A DNA stretch of 64,000 nucleotides from Basidiobolus meristosporus CBS 931.73 (lineage: Eukaryota; Fungi; Basidiobolomycota), in NCBI GenBank assembly GCA_002104905.1, contig MCFE01000301.1:35545-99544 (forward strand), read 5' to 3'. A program made the position numbers and the translations under genes. The notes below the pieces were generated by a model that saw only the letters and a program-made list of their open reading frames with translations, made no database searches and was not told where the DNA came from. Positions 1 through 13,046 of the stretch are shown here, one piece after another (the first letter of the stretch is position 1; each line of letters starts with the position of its first letter).

Positions 1-1
1 G

Positions 2-580
2 CCAGCATTCTCCCTAGAGGGAGAGAACGAGAAGCAACTTATTGAGGATGTCAACAAGCTGCTCGATGCCTACATTGACGCGTTGGAGAACGTCAAGTTG
101 CGTAGTGGTCTTGAAATCGCCATGAAGATCTCACAACGTGGTAACCAGTATCTTCAAGAATCTAAGCTTGATAACACCCTCTACAACAACGAGCGTGCTC
201 AGTGCGATACCGTCGTCACCGTCGCCATCAATTTGATTTACTTGCTCTCGGCCGTTTTCTACCCTTACATGCCAACCACCTCCGAGTCCATCTGCAGACA
301 GCTCAATGCACCACTTCCTCGTATTCCTGAGACTTTCCAGATGAACATCCTCGAGGGACACGTCATTGGTAAGCCTGAATACCTCTTCAAGAGAATCGAT
401 GGAAAGATGGAGGAGGTCTATAAGCAGAAGTATGGTGGCGGTGCCAAGGAGGAGCCAGCCAAAAAGAAGAAGAGCAAGAAGAGCAAGAAGCCCGCTGAAC
501 CCAAGCCTCAAGCTGATGGCGAGAAGGCCGAGGAAGCCGCGCCACCAGCTGAGGATGCTAAGACTGGTGAGTCAGCCTAA
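2..580 (+). CDS. MES1: Methionyl-tRNA synthetase, C-terminal anticodon-binding region (5' partial)
   Basis: Frame is open from position 2. ...KLRSGLEIAMKISQRGNQYLQESKLDN...LIYLLSAVFYPYMP...GHVIGKPEYLFKRID matches the fungal cytosolic MetRS C-terminus, followed by a Lys-rich tail. Confidence 0.88.
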   Translation, partial: PAFSLEGENEKQLIEDVNKLLDAYIDALENVKLRSGLEIAMKISQRGNQYLQESKLDNTLYNNERAQCDTVVTVAINLIYLLSAVFYPYMPTTSESICRQLNAPLPRIPETFQMNILEGHVIGKPEYLFKRIDGKMEEVYKQKYGGGAKEEPAKKKKSKKSKKPAEPKPQADGEKAEEAAPPAEDAKTGESA

Positions 581-1021
581 AGTCTTAATACACATTGGAC
601 ACTATCCTCCGGATTAACAACCTCATTTCATTCTTTGTAAATCATACCACCAATCGATATATGAAGAAGTATTATAAAATAAACAGCAAACGAAATCCAG
701 GATCATGCGAGCTGATCAGACTTCATCTTCGAGAAAATCTATCGTTGCACCCAGCTCCTAATACGGCTCATTTCTGTTGCTGTGTGATGAGAATATTGCC
801 TCAATTGGTATGAAGCCTTGACCAAGCTGCCTACACAGCTAATTCAAAGGTAACCCTAAACCGGTTTATGGTGGGATGAAATGTGTTGAAATTTAAAATT
901 GTGTGACATCGACCCTTGGCTACGGGTGTATGGGTGGTTGATATATGCTAATATCCATGGTGCTTGACTCTAGAACTCCTTATATGAGCTAAATTCCCTC
1001 TTTCTCGAGAGAGGATGATAG

Positions 1022-2143
<1,122 letters not shown>

Positions 2144-2824
2144 TGGCATTTTCACCTTTTCGAAACATCCAGTCTCCGATCTATATCCGCATTTATTGTA
2201 CGATCCATATCCGCATTTATTGTATTCTCCTTTAATACTTCTCCTCGCCACTTCACATCGAGAAGCTGGGTTACCTTGTTTATATAAAGTGCCATTTAAT
2301 TCAGATGCCATCACATATCCCATAGTCCGGTAGAATATTCTTTGTATCCTTTTCACCCAAAGCAGCTGAGTTTCCAGCCAATGGTGCCTAAATCCGATTG
2401 TTCTTTTCGATGGTTACTATTGTGGGAGTAATTAAAGTTCGCCATTTTTACATCTTTGGAGGCTTAGCACAGATCCATCTTTTAGCTGAATATTTTTGTT
2501 GCATGATTGTATAGATTGAGTTCCCTAATTCGTTCAGCCTACGTCAATCTGTACAGTGAGCGGGTTGATATAGGATTTTCTGTCAGAACATGAGTAGAAA
2601 TAGTGCCATTTCCACTCCGTTTTATTTGAACATTTAAATTATCTAGTAGTATTGCATTACCAAAAATTGCGATTCCCAGGATTACCCGGTCCCCCCTGGT
2701 CACTGTGATGCGGCGATTCCTTTTATCTTTGCCTTTACCGCTCCACTATTTACTCTCCAGCTCTGCCCCTCACTTCCTAACATTCTTACACTTTCTAAAC
2801 CCTCTTTAATATCTCCTGCTATTG

Positions 2825-4600
2825 ATGGATCCCAGAATCAACGAAAGAGAGGCCGCTGCTTTACATGCTGCTGCCGTAACCAGAAACTACTCTCTACAGC
2901 CACGTTTGGGTATGTATCTTTCAGTGACTTGTTCCGACTATCTGGGGCTCGCCAGCTTATCTCTTTCTCCATATTAATAGACTACAGAACTGTTGCTGGT
3001 GTCAACGGTCCCTTGGTTATTCTTGACAACGTTAAGGTATTTTCGACATAACACTGGTTGTCTCGCCACGCCTCCTCCTCATGTCTCTTATTTTCTGTAG
3101 TTCCCAAAATTCGCTGAAATCGTTGAACTCACCCTGCCAGACGGCACTAAGCGCTCTGGACAGGTGCTTGAAGTTCAAGGAAAGAGAGCCGTTGTACAAG
3201 TAAGTGTACATGCTTCTTTTTCCTCAGTAAATATCTTTCTAACTCTTCGCTCAGGTCTTCGAAGGCACCGCTGGTGTTGATGCCCGTGCCACTCATGTTG
3301 AATTTACTGGTGATACCCTCAAGATGCCTGTCTCAGAGGACATGTTGGGTCGTATTTTCAACGGTTCCGGTAAAAGTATTGACAAGGGTCCTAAGGTCTT
3401 TGCTGAAGAGTTCTTGGACATCGAAGGTTAGCTTTACCACGTGCCAGCTTTACCTGGTTGCAGTTCTAATTCTCGAATCGTTCAATAGGATCCCCAATCA
3501 ATCCCTTCTCCCGTATCTACCCTGAAGAAATGATCCAGACTGGTATCTCTGCTATCGATACCATGAACTCCATTGCTCGTGGTCAAAAGATCCCCATTTT
3601 CTCCGCTGCTGGTCTGCCTCACAACGAAGTTGCTGCCCAGATTTGTAGACAGGCTGGCTTGGTCAAGAAGCCTACCAAGGATGTCCACGACGGTCACGAA
3701 GACAACTTCGCTATCGTGTTTGCTGCTATGGGTGTCAACATGGAAACTGCTCGTTTCTTCAAACAAGATTTCGAGGAAAACGGCTCCATCGAACGAGTCA
3801 CCTTGTTCCTCAATCTTGCCAATGACCCTACCATTGAGCGTATCATCACGCCTAGATTGGCATTGACTACTGCCGAGTATTACGCTTATCAGCTCGAGAA
3901 GCACGTGCTGGTCATCCTGACCGACATGTCTTCATACGCCGACGCTCTGCGTGAGGTTTCCGCCGCTAGAGAAGAAGTGCCAGGTCGTCGTGGTTACCCA
4001 GGTTATATGTACACAGATTTGTCCACCATTTATGAACGTGCCGGTCGTGTAGAGGGGCGTAATGGCTCCATCACGCAGATCCCCATTCTGACCATGCCAA
4101 ACGATGATATTACGCATCCTATTCCCGATTTGACTGGTTACATTACCGAGGGCCAGATCTACGTCGATCGTCAACTCCACAATCGTCAAATCTACCCACC
4201 CATCAACGTTTTACCCTCTCTTTCTCGTCTGATGAAATCGGCCATTGGCGAGGGCATGACCCGTAAGGATCATGGCGATGTGTCCAACCAGCTGTACGCC
4301 AAGTATGCCATCGGTCGTGATGCCGCCGCGATGAAGGCGGTCGTTGGTGAGGAGGCCCTTAACCAGGAAGATAAGCTCTCCCTGGAGTTCCTAGATAAAT
4401 TCGAGAAGACCTTCATTGCTCAAGGCCACTACGAGTCCAGAACCATTTTCGAATCGCTCGATCACGCCTGGTCGCTCCTTCGTATCTTCCCCAAGGAGTT
4501 GCTTAACCGTATCCCCCAAAAGACCTTGGCCGAGTTTTACCAGCGTGACCGCAAGAACAAGGGCAACAAGGGCACTGTGGATAACGAGGTGGAGGCGTAA
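2825..4600 (+). CDS. VMA2: V-type H+-ATPase subunit B
   Basis: [85 protein letters not shown]; four GT-AG introns in the 5' part. Confidence 0.97.
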
Positions 4601-5134
4601 TTTAGGTTGCGAATCGCTACTGCCACTGTGTTTGCATTGTGTATTTTTCCTGACCAGCAAATGATTTTCCCAACCTTTGCCAATAATATATCCATCTGTC
4701 CTCAATATTCACTCTAATATATATGGTTAATAAACTCATCAAGTATATGTATGCATGTGGACATTGATTGAAGGAGTTGACCTCGAATCATCCATCACAC
4801 CACTCGAGCGCTCCTTAGTTACCCAATATTTATTGCGTCCCAGTTTCTTCCTGGTAAGGAAATCTCATCTCCTCTTGGCCCATGATTGGCCCGCTCTGTT
4901 ATACTATGTATTCGTTATATTGTTCGAAGAGTCCATCGCAACAACCAAGTGTGCCTTTGAAACCAAACCAGGATTTGCCACAAGAATCGTACGATATTTA
5001 TTACCAACCAGCGGACTTTGATATCAACCTACATGTCTTTTTCCTTCTAGCCCTTGAAACACATCCACTCCTTGCAAGATACCAGGCTGCGAGGCTAGAG
5101 CTTGCCGGTTATTCTTTCAACTCCCTCATACAAT

Positions 5135-6289
5135 ATGTTCCTAAAAGTACCAACATGCAACCAGGTGGTTTGTGTGGGTTTAGTCATTACCTTAGTGTTG
5201 GGTCTACCCTCCTCCTCATTACTAGTTCGACGTGCGGGTAGGTGTGCCAGCTAGCAGCCCTCGGAATATCTTTTTAACCGGCTTACTGTAGACAACACTA
5301 CCTGCGGCCCGAATATCTATTGTTTACCTCGAGCCAACGACACTTGGACGATGTCGGGTGTAGGCGTGATACGGTGGAATTCTGTATACCCCACCTTTTT
5401 GGTGCAGGGATACGTCGACATACGGCTCTACGATGTCACTGACTTGCGAAACCCCGTCCTGGTGCAGTTGAACACGACCAACGGGGACGGTTACAGGTCC
5501 CTCTATCTGGACCCAGATCTGCAGCCGCCCATATTCGCGCCGATGATGAACCGCGCAGCCAACGCTACGGTCATCAAGATATTCCGGCTGCTGATCACCG
5601 TTGCTGGAGACGATATCACTAACAAAGAGTACGGGCCATTGTTTTTCATTCAAGGTATCGTTGTCTTGCCTTCCTTTCAAATGGGATCATTCTAGTGACC
5701 TTCTCCCAGAGCCACCCACCGCGGTCAAAGCAGTCACCGAGGCTTCCCCAGCCCCAAGCACTACCAGCATTACCCCGACCGTGACCCTCTCTTATCCAGT
5801 GATATCAACTCCCGTGCCTGCTCAAAATCCCATCCGCAACGGAAGTCAATCCCAAGGTATTTCGCCTGGTGCGATTGCCGGGATCTCCGTGGGATGTGTT
5901 GCCGTCCTGGTGGCGGCGGGAATATATCCTTTTTGCGCCGTAATTGTCCAGCATCTGTGAAATCTGACCCTTATCCTTAACTGCCCACTGCCTTGTTGTA
6001 TCGCCGTAAACATCACAGGAGGTCTCGGGTCAAAGGCGCCAGTGCAAAAGGTACATCGCGAGATGATTTTCTGGGCGGCACAGCACCGGCGGGAAAACCC
6101 CCTCGACGATTTAACTCGCTTCGTCTTACTGCCAACGATGCTCGCCTGATTGCTGAAACCTATCGAAGAATCCTACGTAAACCGAGCTGGGGAAACCCAG
6201 AGGATGAGGCAATCCAAATGAGGTCAGGTTACTCGCCCGCCTCCTCCCTTCACGAGGAGACACCTTCCAATAAGTCATGTGAACTGTAG
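5135..6289 (+). CDS. Single-pass type I membrane protein of unknown family (signal peptide, beta-rich ectodomain, S/T/P stalk, TM helix, basic cytosolic tail)
   Basis: MFLKVPTCNQVVCVGLVITLVLGLPS signal. Exons are joined by two GT-AG introns and one AT-AC intron. Spliced TM segment reads GAIAGISVGCVAVLVAAGIALLYRRK. Confidence 0.75.
5924..5988 (+). other. U12-type (minor spliceosome) AT-AC intron, 65 nt
   Basis: 5' ATATCCTTT at 5924, branch point TCCTTAAC at 5974-5981, 3' CAC at 5986-5988. Removal joins AT|T (Ile) in frame and completes the TM helix; no suitable GT-AG pair was found. Confidence 0.9.
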
Positions 6290-6491
6290 AAAAGACCCCA
6301 AGGCTAGTTGAGCGTTGTTAATACCACTCATGCCCGCTCAAGCAGCTTGAACCTAACGCAATATATACCAACGCATCCATAGTCGCCTTTTCTATTCTAT
6401 ATAATGATGCGCATTTTATTTACAATCAAAACTGTCTAGTGTATAATTAATGCAAACCCAAGAATCTATTCTAGAAATCAGTGATTTACTA

Positions 6492-8669
6492 CTAAAACGG
6501 CACGTAGTCTAGCGCTGGTCCAACGGATTCTTGTTTGATTAGATTCTGCTGGCGTTCCAATAGCTCGTTCTCAAGGTCCTGGATACGTCGATTAAGTGCT
6601 AGGAATAGGATTGACCTGGGCAGACTAGTTGCTGTTTGCGATAGATCGATGGCCACTAATGATGCGAACGGTTTAGCCACATGTCGTTCCAGCTTCGTCG
6701 AATATGATGATATCAGATTCATAGTTAAAGTTACTCACCAGAATTCTCGGTCATCCCACTCAGTCTTCTATTATTGAACCAACCGCGGAGTGCATGTAAC
6801 GTTAAATCCATACGGTTAGCGAGCTCGATGATCTGTTGGTGGTTGGGATACGGTGTGAGTTCATAAACTTTTTCCAGCTCCGCCACAACTTCCGGGCCGA
6901 ATAGTAAGAATCCATCTCTTCGGTTCTCCAATTCGGACTTGCGGTCACGACGACGAAGCTCCTTGAACCATCGCTCGATATTCTACGGGAAAGAATGTCA
7001 TTGGATGCATTAATAATAAGCACCTTCGTAGTCACCTCGACAGGACCGCATACCTTGAATGTCTCATTGTACTGGTCTGCGAGGCCTTGTATCATCTCTC
7101 GAGATGGGTATTTCACTTTTTTGTGCATTTCCTCTACAGCCATATGCAGAGGGTCATTGTACTCGCCCACTCTGGACTGCCGTTCACGAAACCAGGCATT
7201 AATCTTAAGATAATCGATCCCAAGCTGCTCAGCCAACTCTCTACGTTGAATAGAAGTGGGGTATCCATGGCACTCTTCGTAGAGCTTGCTCATTGCTTCC
7301 ACAACGTGATCTGGAAACCTGGCCAGCCTGGTAGCTTTCTTGTTTCTAGGCTTGGTACTCTTTTCCGTAAGTTGTCTCTTTTCTGGAACAATCTTCGGAT
7401 GCGGATTCGATGGGTGTTGATAAACATCAATCCCTCTATCTCGATCTTCAGCACGACGCTTATAAAACCAGTGCAATACTGACTAATACAGAGATTAGTC
7501 CAGTGCACTCTCGTATTCACGCACATGTATGTATTCTACCTTTTCACTTCGTTTCAAGTGCTCTGCAAGCTCCTTTAACTGCTCAGGGCTAGGAAACGGC
7601 GTTTGTTCGTAATAGTCGTGCAGCGTTTGTATTGCTTCCGGAGTATATTTGACTAATAAAGGCTTGATCTCGATGCCATTGCTTCTGTCACGATCGCGCC
7701 GCTTGGAAAACCAGCGCTTGATTCTCTGAATTCAGCAGCATAGTTAGAATCTTGAATCGTTCGCCAACTCAATGCAAACACCAACCCGTAAAGTAACGTT
7801 GTTTTCGCTAGCAATTTGCTCCATCACCGGAACTGGTGGGTAGACAGTCTCTGCATAGACTTTTTCACACGACTCCTCGAGTTTCTCCAAGTCGCATGCT
7901 GGAGCACTGCAAACTACTGGAGAAATGATTTCCGCACCTTTCTGACGTAACTGGTTTCGTCTATTCGTAAACCACAAGATGATTTTCTGAACACATTCGA
8001 GTAGGTTTAGACAGGTGTGTCGGTTTGTAAAACAGATGGGTTGAAGAAATCACATCCTACCTTTCTATCCACCCCCAGCTTGTGAGCAAGCCGTGTATAG
8101 TCTTGTGTTGAATGGTATTTACTCTGTTGGAAGATGGGTTCGAGGTAAAAGGCAAGAGAGGATTTTTTGCTGGTATCAATGGGTTCGTGATAGGAGGGAG
8201 TCAAGTAATCGACGCGTTGTTTGGTTTTTGAGTAATACAGTTTCCAAAAATCTCGCACTACTTTCGGGTCTATGTCTATCTCTTTGGCAACCGCCGTCAG
8301 TTGCTCGTCAGTGGGGGAAGCGGTGGCCAAAATGAAGGCTCGAATTTTTTCCACCGCACCAGAACTCAGGTATTTTTCATCGTTCCTAGCGGCCTTCCTT
8401 CGTCGGTTTCTGAACCAGCTTCTTGTGGGCTTAAGGAAAAGTCAGTAAGTGACGGTACTGTAAACGCAGTGTCGGCCGACTGGTGCATATACCTCCTGTT
8501 CTATGGAGCAATCCTCGCAGACCACACTGTATTCATATTGACTGGGGTATGGGTTGCAACTGTAGTACTCTTCTAGACGTTCCCGTAAATCTCGGTCCAA
8601 GTGACGCGTGATGGAGTTTTTGGCAGTTTTTTTTTGTGCTTCGGGGCTGACTTCTGCTTCAGAAGGCAT
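6492..8669 (-). CDS. Multi-homeodomain protein (about 8 tandem homeodomains)
   Basis: After splicing, repeated units show helix1 ...LE.YY...PYP..., helix2, and helix3 W-F-x-x-R-R (WFRNRRR, WFTNRR, WFSKRR, WFYKRR, WFRERQ, WFKELRR, WFNNRR; one degenerate FWKLYY). The 3' exon is less certain. Confidence 0.82.
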
Positions 8670-9331
8670 TCTATAATTTGGTTAAAAGAGATATACTCGA
8701 TCCATTTAATCTATTCCGATTCCTGGAGCACACGTTCCTTTTTTTTCTTTTTTCTACCGATTTTTCTGAACATATTTGATGACTGTGATTTGGAACGGGG
8801 CGGTCCTAAGCCTCAGGTGTGAATGTGTGCCATGGCAATTCTGTGGAATCGAACATAATGCCATCTTACAGGTTCACTTGAGATAAGCTGATGTAGTGGG
8901 TGGTTACATGTGTGGAAGATTTAAGTGATTGTTTAGCTGATGCGTTTGATTTCCTTTGTACTTCATATTACAACTGCTATGCGTTCCAACATTCTGTGGT
9001 GGCACGTGGTGATATAATCCAGTACTATTCTAATTATATGCTAGACCGAGCTGGGGAATCATGTCCCCCCTGCTCTCTCCTTTCATTCTCCCCCTTGTTT
9101 GATCCCGGCAAAGCAATCAATATGCCAATTCTACAGCTTCATTGCTGCGCTTTCTGGTTCCTTTCTATTGCTGGGTTATCCTCCTTCCACGTTCCTAAAA
9201 CATCCACCTCGTCACCGCATTTTTTGCTTTTGGTTTCCCGCTAAGCATTCTACCCTCGACTTGTTCAGACTCCACGAAAGCAACGCTTCAGTAATATTCA
9301 CTGCTTGGTCAGCTGTTCGACATTTATTATC

Positions 9332-10088
9332 ATGCGTGAATATAAATTGGTGGTTCTTGGCTCTGGTGGTGTTGGTAAATCCGCATTGGTAAGCGTCGGG
9401 ACCAACTTTTCCTCCGTTGAATACCATGCGGGCCCTGCTGAAGATGGTTTACTTACGGCTTATCGTTTGTCAAACACTTATCTAGACCGTCCAATTTGTA
9501 CAATCAATATTCGTTGAGAAATACGACCCGACTATCGAGGATTCTTACCGAAAGCAGGTAGAAGTGGACGGACAGCAATGCATGTTGGAGATTTTGGATA
9601 CTGCTGGTACAGAGCAGTTTACCGCCATGCGAGATCTTTACATGAAGAACGGGCAAGGCTTTGTGCTGGTTTATTCCATCACCTCTATGGCCACTTTCAA
9701 TGACTTGGCCGAGCTACGGGAGCAAATTGTTCGAGTAAAAGACACTGAGCAGGTAAGCCGAATGAGCTACTCTTATCCCAACCACCGTAGCTACCATATT
9801 TGGAAGCCACTCGCCACCTATAGTATATCCAATTAATGTAGCTTTTGTGGTTGGATCTAGGTTCCTACAGTGCTGGTTGGAAATAAATCCGACCTGGAGG
9901 ATGATAGATGTGTTTCTCGCGAGGTTGGCGCCGAGTTGACACAACACTGGCCAGGGGCCACTTTCTTCGAGACATCCGCCCGTAAAAGAATCAATGTTGA
10001 TGAGGCGATTTTTGACCTGGTGCGACAAATTAACCGCCAAAATCCTGGGCGCTCGGATAAGCGTAAAAAGAAGTGCATTATTCTTTAG
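9332..10088 (+). CDS. RAP1: Ras-family GTPase Rap1/Rsr1
   Basis: [62 protein letters not shown]; two GT-AG introns. Confidence 0.96.
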
Positions 10089-10506
10089 AGCTCCCCTGGT
10101 CCTTGCATCCCCACTTTACCTACCCTCACACCCAGTCATTGGCTTTAGTTTCCATCCAACTCTTGCCTCATTCCATTCAGTTATATATGCAAAAGAGATC
10201 GCACACGTGTCATCAGCCTGTGTGTGAGCCATTAGCCCATTTTGTTTCAGTAGTATCAATCTACACTCCACCTCCTATTACTAGCATTTAATGTTTCTTT
10301 ATATCCGTGTTTCCGGTCTTTAAGATGGGAGGTCGCACAACCATTAATATATGGGTGAACCATTCTAATAATTCCTTATTTTGCTGTATCATGAGGTTAT
10401 TTACAATATAACAGTGAGGCCACAAAGCAGCTTACAATATTCCGCGATGATTATCTAGGATGTATGTTATGAGTCCAAGTAGCGTACCTGACAAGATGGA
10501 CTCCTG

Positions 10507-12683
10507 CTAATGATAGGCCAAGGTGTCGATCAATTTGTAGTTGCTGATACTGTCAAGAACCCAATTGGCGAAAACTACTTCGCAAGAGTACTGCTCTCTG
10601 TATTTGTTTTTTGTTCGCATCGATGTTTTGTTGTCACATATCACCCGGACCTGTTGGTTATTCGCAGGAGGCCACCTGTCCAGTACGGTGGCTCCACCCG
10701 CATTCAACAGCATTATCAGATCGTCCCGAGCCGGCTGTTTGAACTCACCAGCCAAGAAATATTGTTGCCCTTGAAACAAGCGAGGTTCCTGCAGCGAAAC
10801 AGAGCTGTCAATATCGGATCACAGAAGCTAGCCATCTCCATAAGTTACCTGCTTCTTGATGCTCTGACGAGCACGTCTAGGCCCATAGTTTGAAAAATGT
10901 TCATCCCCAATAATCTCGTAGGCATCCTCTTCAAGCCATTCGTTACGCTTGAGCGAATCCTCAACCCCTGCTCAAATTAACCTTCATTAGATGCTTATCA
11001 AAGAAACACAGACTCGCACGATCGTTACATTGGTAGCTTACAAGCCAGCGTCCATGCAATATGGCCAAGAAATATTTCATGGTACGCCTGGAGGTCCCTT
11101 TGACTAACAAAAAACTCAGTCCCGTCAAGCAAGGAACCCAAATGGATATAGAAATACCTGCTTCGGTGACCAAGTGGGTGACATCTTTCTTAAACTCCGC
11201 GACGACGGAGGCATGCAACTTCTTCGCGGTGGAGTTCAGCTTTTTCTTGAAAATTACACAATGTTAATCCACATCGGTGATGCTTGGCTGACGTTGAGAA
11301 TAGATTGACATACAGTTTGTGAGGCTTTAAGCATTGTTCCCAAGATGACGGGCATTTCTGGGGGATCTTGATTTTGGGAGGTTACTTCGGAAGAATCGAA
11401 TAGGTCTGGTGACGAGCATCTGGTGTCTGAAGGTGATCCTGCCATTGTATCCTGCGTGTCGTTCTGAAGTATGCTCTTTGGTGATGCTTCATCTATTATT
11501 GTTGACTTATCGGTGAGTAAACATATAGAGTAGAAGAAGTTGTCAGAACCTACTATTAAGCTCAGCTAGAACAACATCGACATCCGATACTAGCTGCTGC
11601 AACAACATAAGATTCTAAACAGATGGTGAATTCAGTAAAGTACAATGCCAATACTCAATAGCTGTGTATCTGCTCACCTGTGTGGAGGGCTCTACTTGCG
11701 ATGCATCGATGTCTACTGATAGGCTTGGCTCATATTGCATATGTGCTGCATGATTAAGATTCTTAGTAAAGCGTGCGATGAGCGCTAGCTACCAAACTTA
11801 CGAGAGTTGCTGTTTTTTTCTGCAAACAACGATTTATTGGTAAGACGAGGCTGAATTTCAGGTGTCAGATTGAAGGACATACCTGATGAGGACATCAAAG
11901 CCTTTCTTTTGGAGTTTTCAGCCTTGACCACAACTTTGCTCTTCTTACGTTCTCCCGATGTAGGCTGGTATATTGACAGTAAGTCAAGTTGAAAAGAAAC
12001 ATATATCTTGAGACACCATCGCTTTGGTACCTGCTCACTGTCTGTCGCATCCAATTTTGCTTTTCCTTTGTTTTTACCACGCCTCCTTTTTTTGACCGGG
12101 CTACATACGCCCCCGTTATCATTCGTATCCTCTTCCTCTTTTGACGGATACGGGTATGCTTGAGAAAGGTTGGGGATCGGATCACAATGCCACTCGCTGT
12201 GTTGCTTTTCTTGAGAGAGTGCTACATAACATGTTACCTTATTGAAAGCCTCATTGAAACGGTAAGGTTGACTGCTTACCAGCACCGGTCAGCTCTTCAT
12301 ACGAGTCCAATAATTCTTGGTAGGCTTCGGCCAGTTCCCCGGTATCCTCCATCTTATTTAAACCTCTCTTGGTGATCGGGGTCTTGCAAAGTGGACAAGT
12401 AGCGAGATTCATTTGAAGTGAATGGTGTATGCACTCTTCGCAAAATAAGTGATTGCATTGTGTCGAATAAGGATTACGTAGAATCCCCAAACTAACGCAA
12501 AATAAGTGGCCCTGAGTTAACATGCAGCACGTAAACACTATTTTCATTTGGTTCTTATGAACACTACCATATAGGACAATTAAGCTCTGCTGCCATTCGG
12601 CGCAATATGCCGCTTATTGTTTTTGGGATTTCTTCAGTAAAGATACCCGACTGTGAGGGCAGGACATCTTGGTCAAGAGACAT
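10507..12683 (-). CDS. BRCA1/BARD1-like protein (N-terminal C3HC4 RING plus C-terminal tandem BRCT)
   Basis: Spliced RING ELNCPIC...CNHLFCEECI...CPLCK. BRCT1 THLV...RTMKYFLAILHGRWLVSYQW, linker GPRRARQS, BRCT2 FQGQQYFLAGEF...WVLDSIS. Multiple GT-AG introns; internal exon boundaries are not fully resolved. Confidence 0.85.
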
Positions 12684-13046
12684 TGCATTAACTCTCGAAT
12701 TGTTTTGGTCTTTCCAGCGTAAATACAAAAACACAATGAACCACGGTTCTTTGACAAGTGATTCCAACCAATGTAATTATATAACCAAATATTTGGTAAA
12801 ATCGGTAGCAACAGTCAATGCTCAATACTGTATTCCTGAACTGTGAAGTGCTGCGTATTTGAATCAGCCATGTCATGCTAGTAGTAATAAAATGAATGAA
12901 AATTCTAGGAAACATCCTCGAATCACGGTTTCATAAAAAAATCCTCTGATTTTTTGTAATCTCGCGATGCTAATATCACATCAAGTCATAGTAATAGCGT
13001 TCACGCTTAATATTTCCCTTGTCTATCAAGAGTATTTCTTGTTGAG

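Noticed and set aside
2177-2224. 24-bp tandem duplication and the 75-aa minus ORF 2129..2356
   Set aside because: A simple local duplication in the trypsin 3' region; the ORF has no recognisable motif and its upstream frame is closed.
2344-2353. GTATCCTTTT, a U12-like donor
   Set aside because: Intergenic, with no matching CCTTAAC branch point or exon context found.
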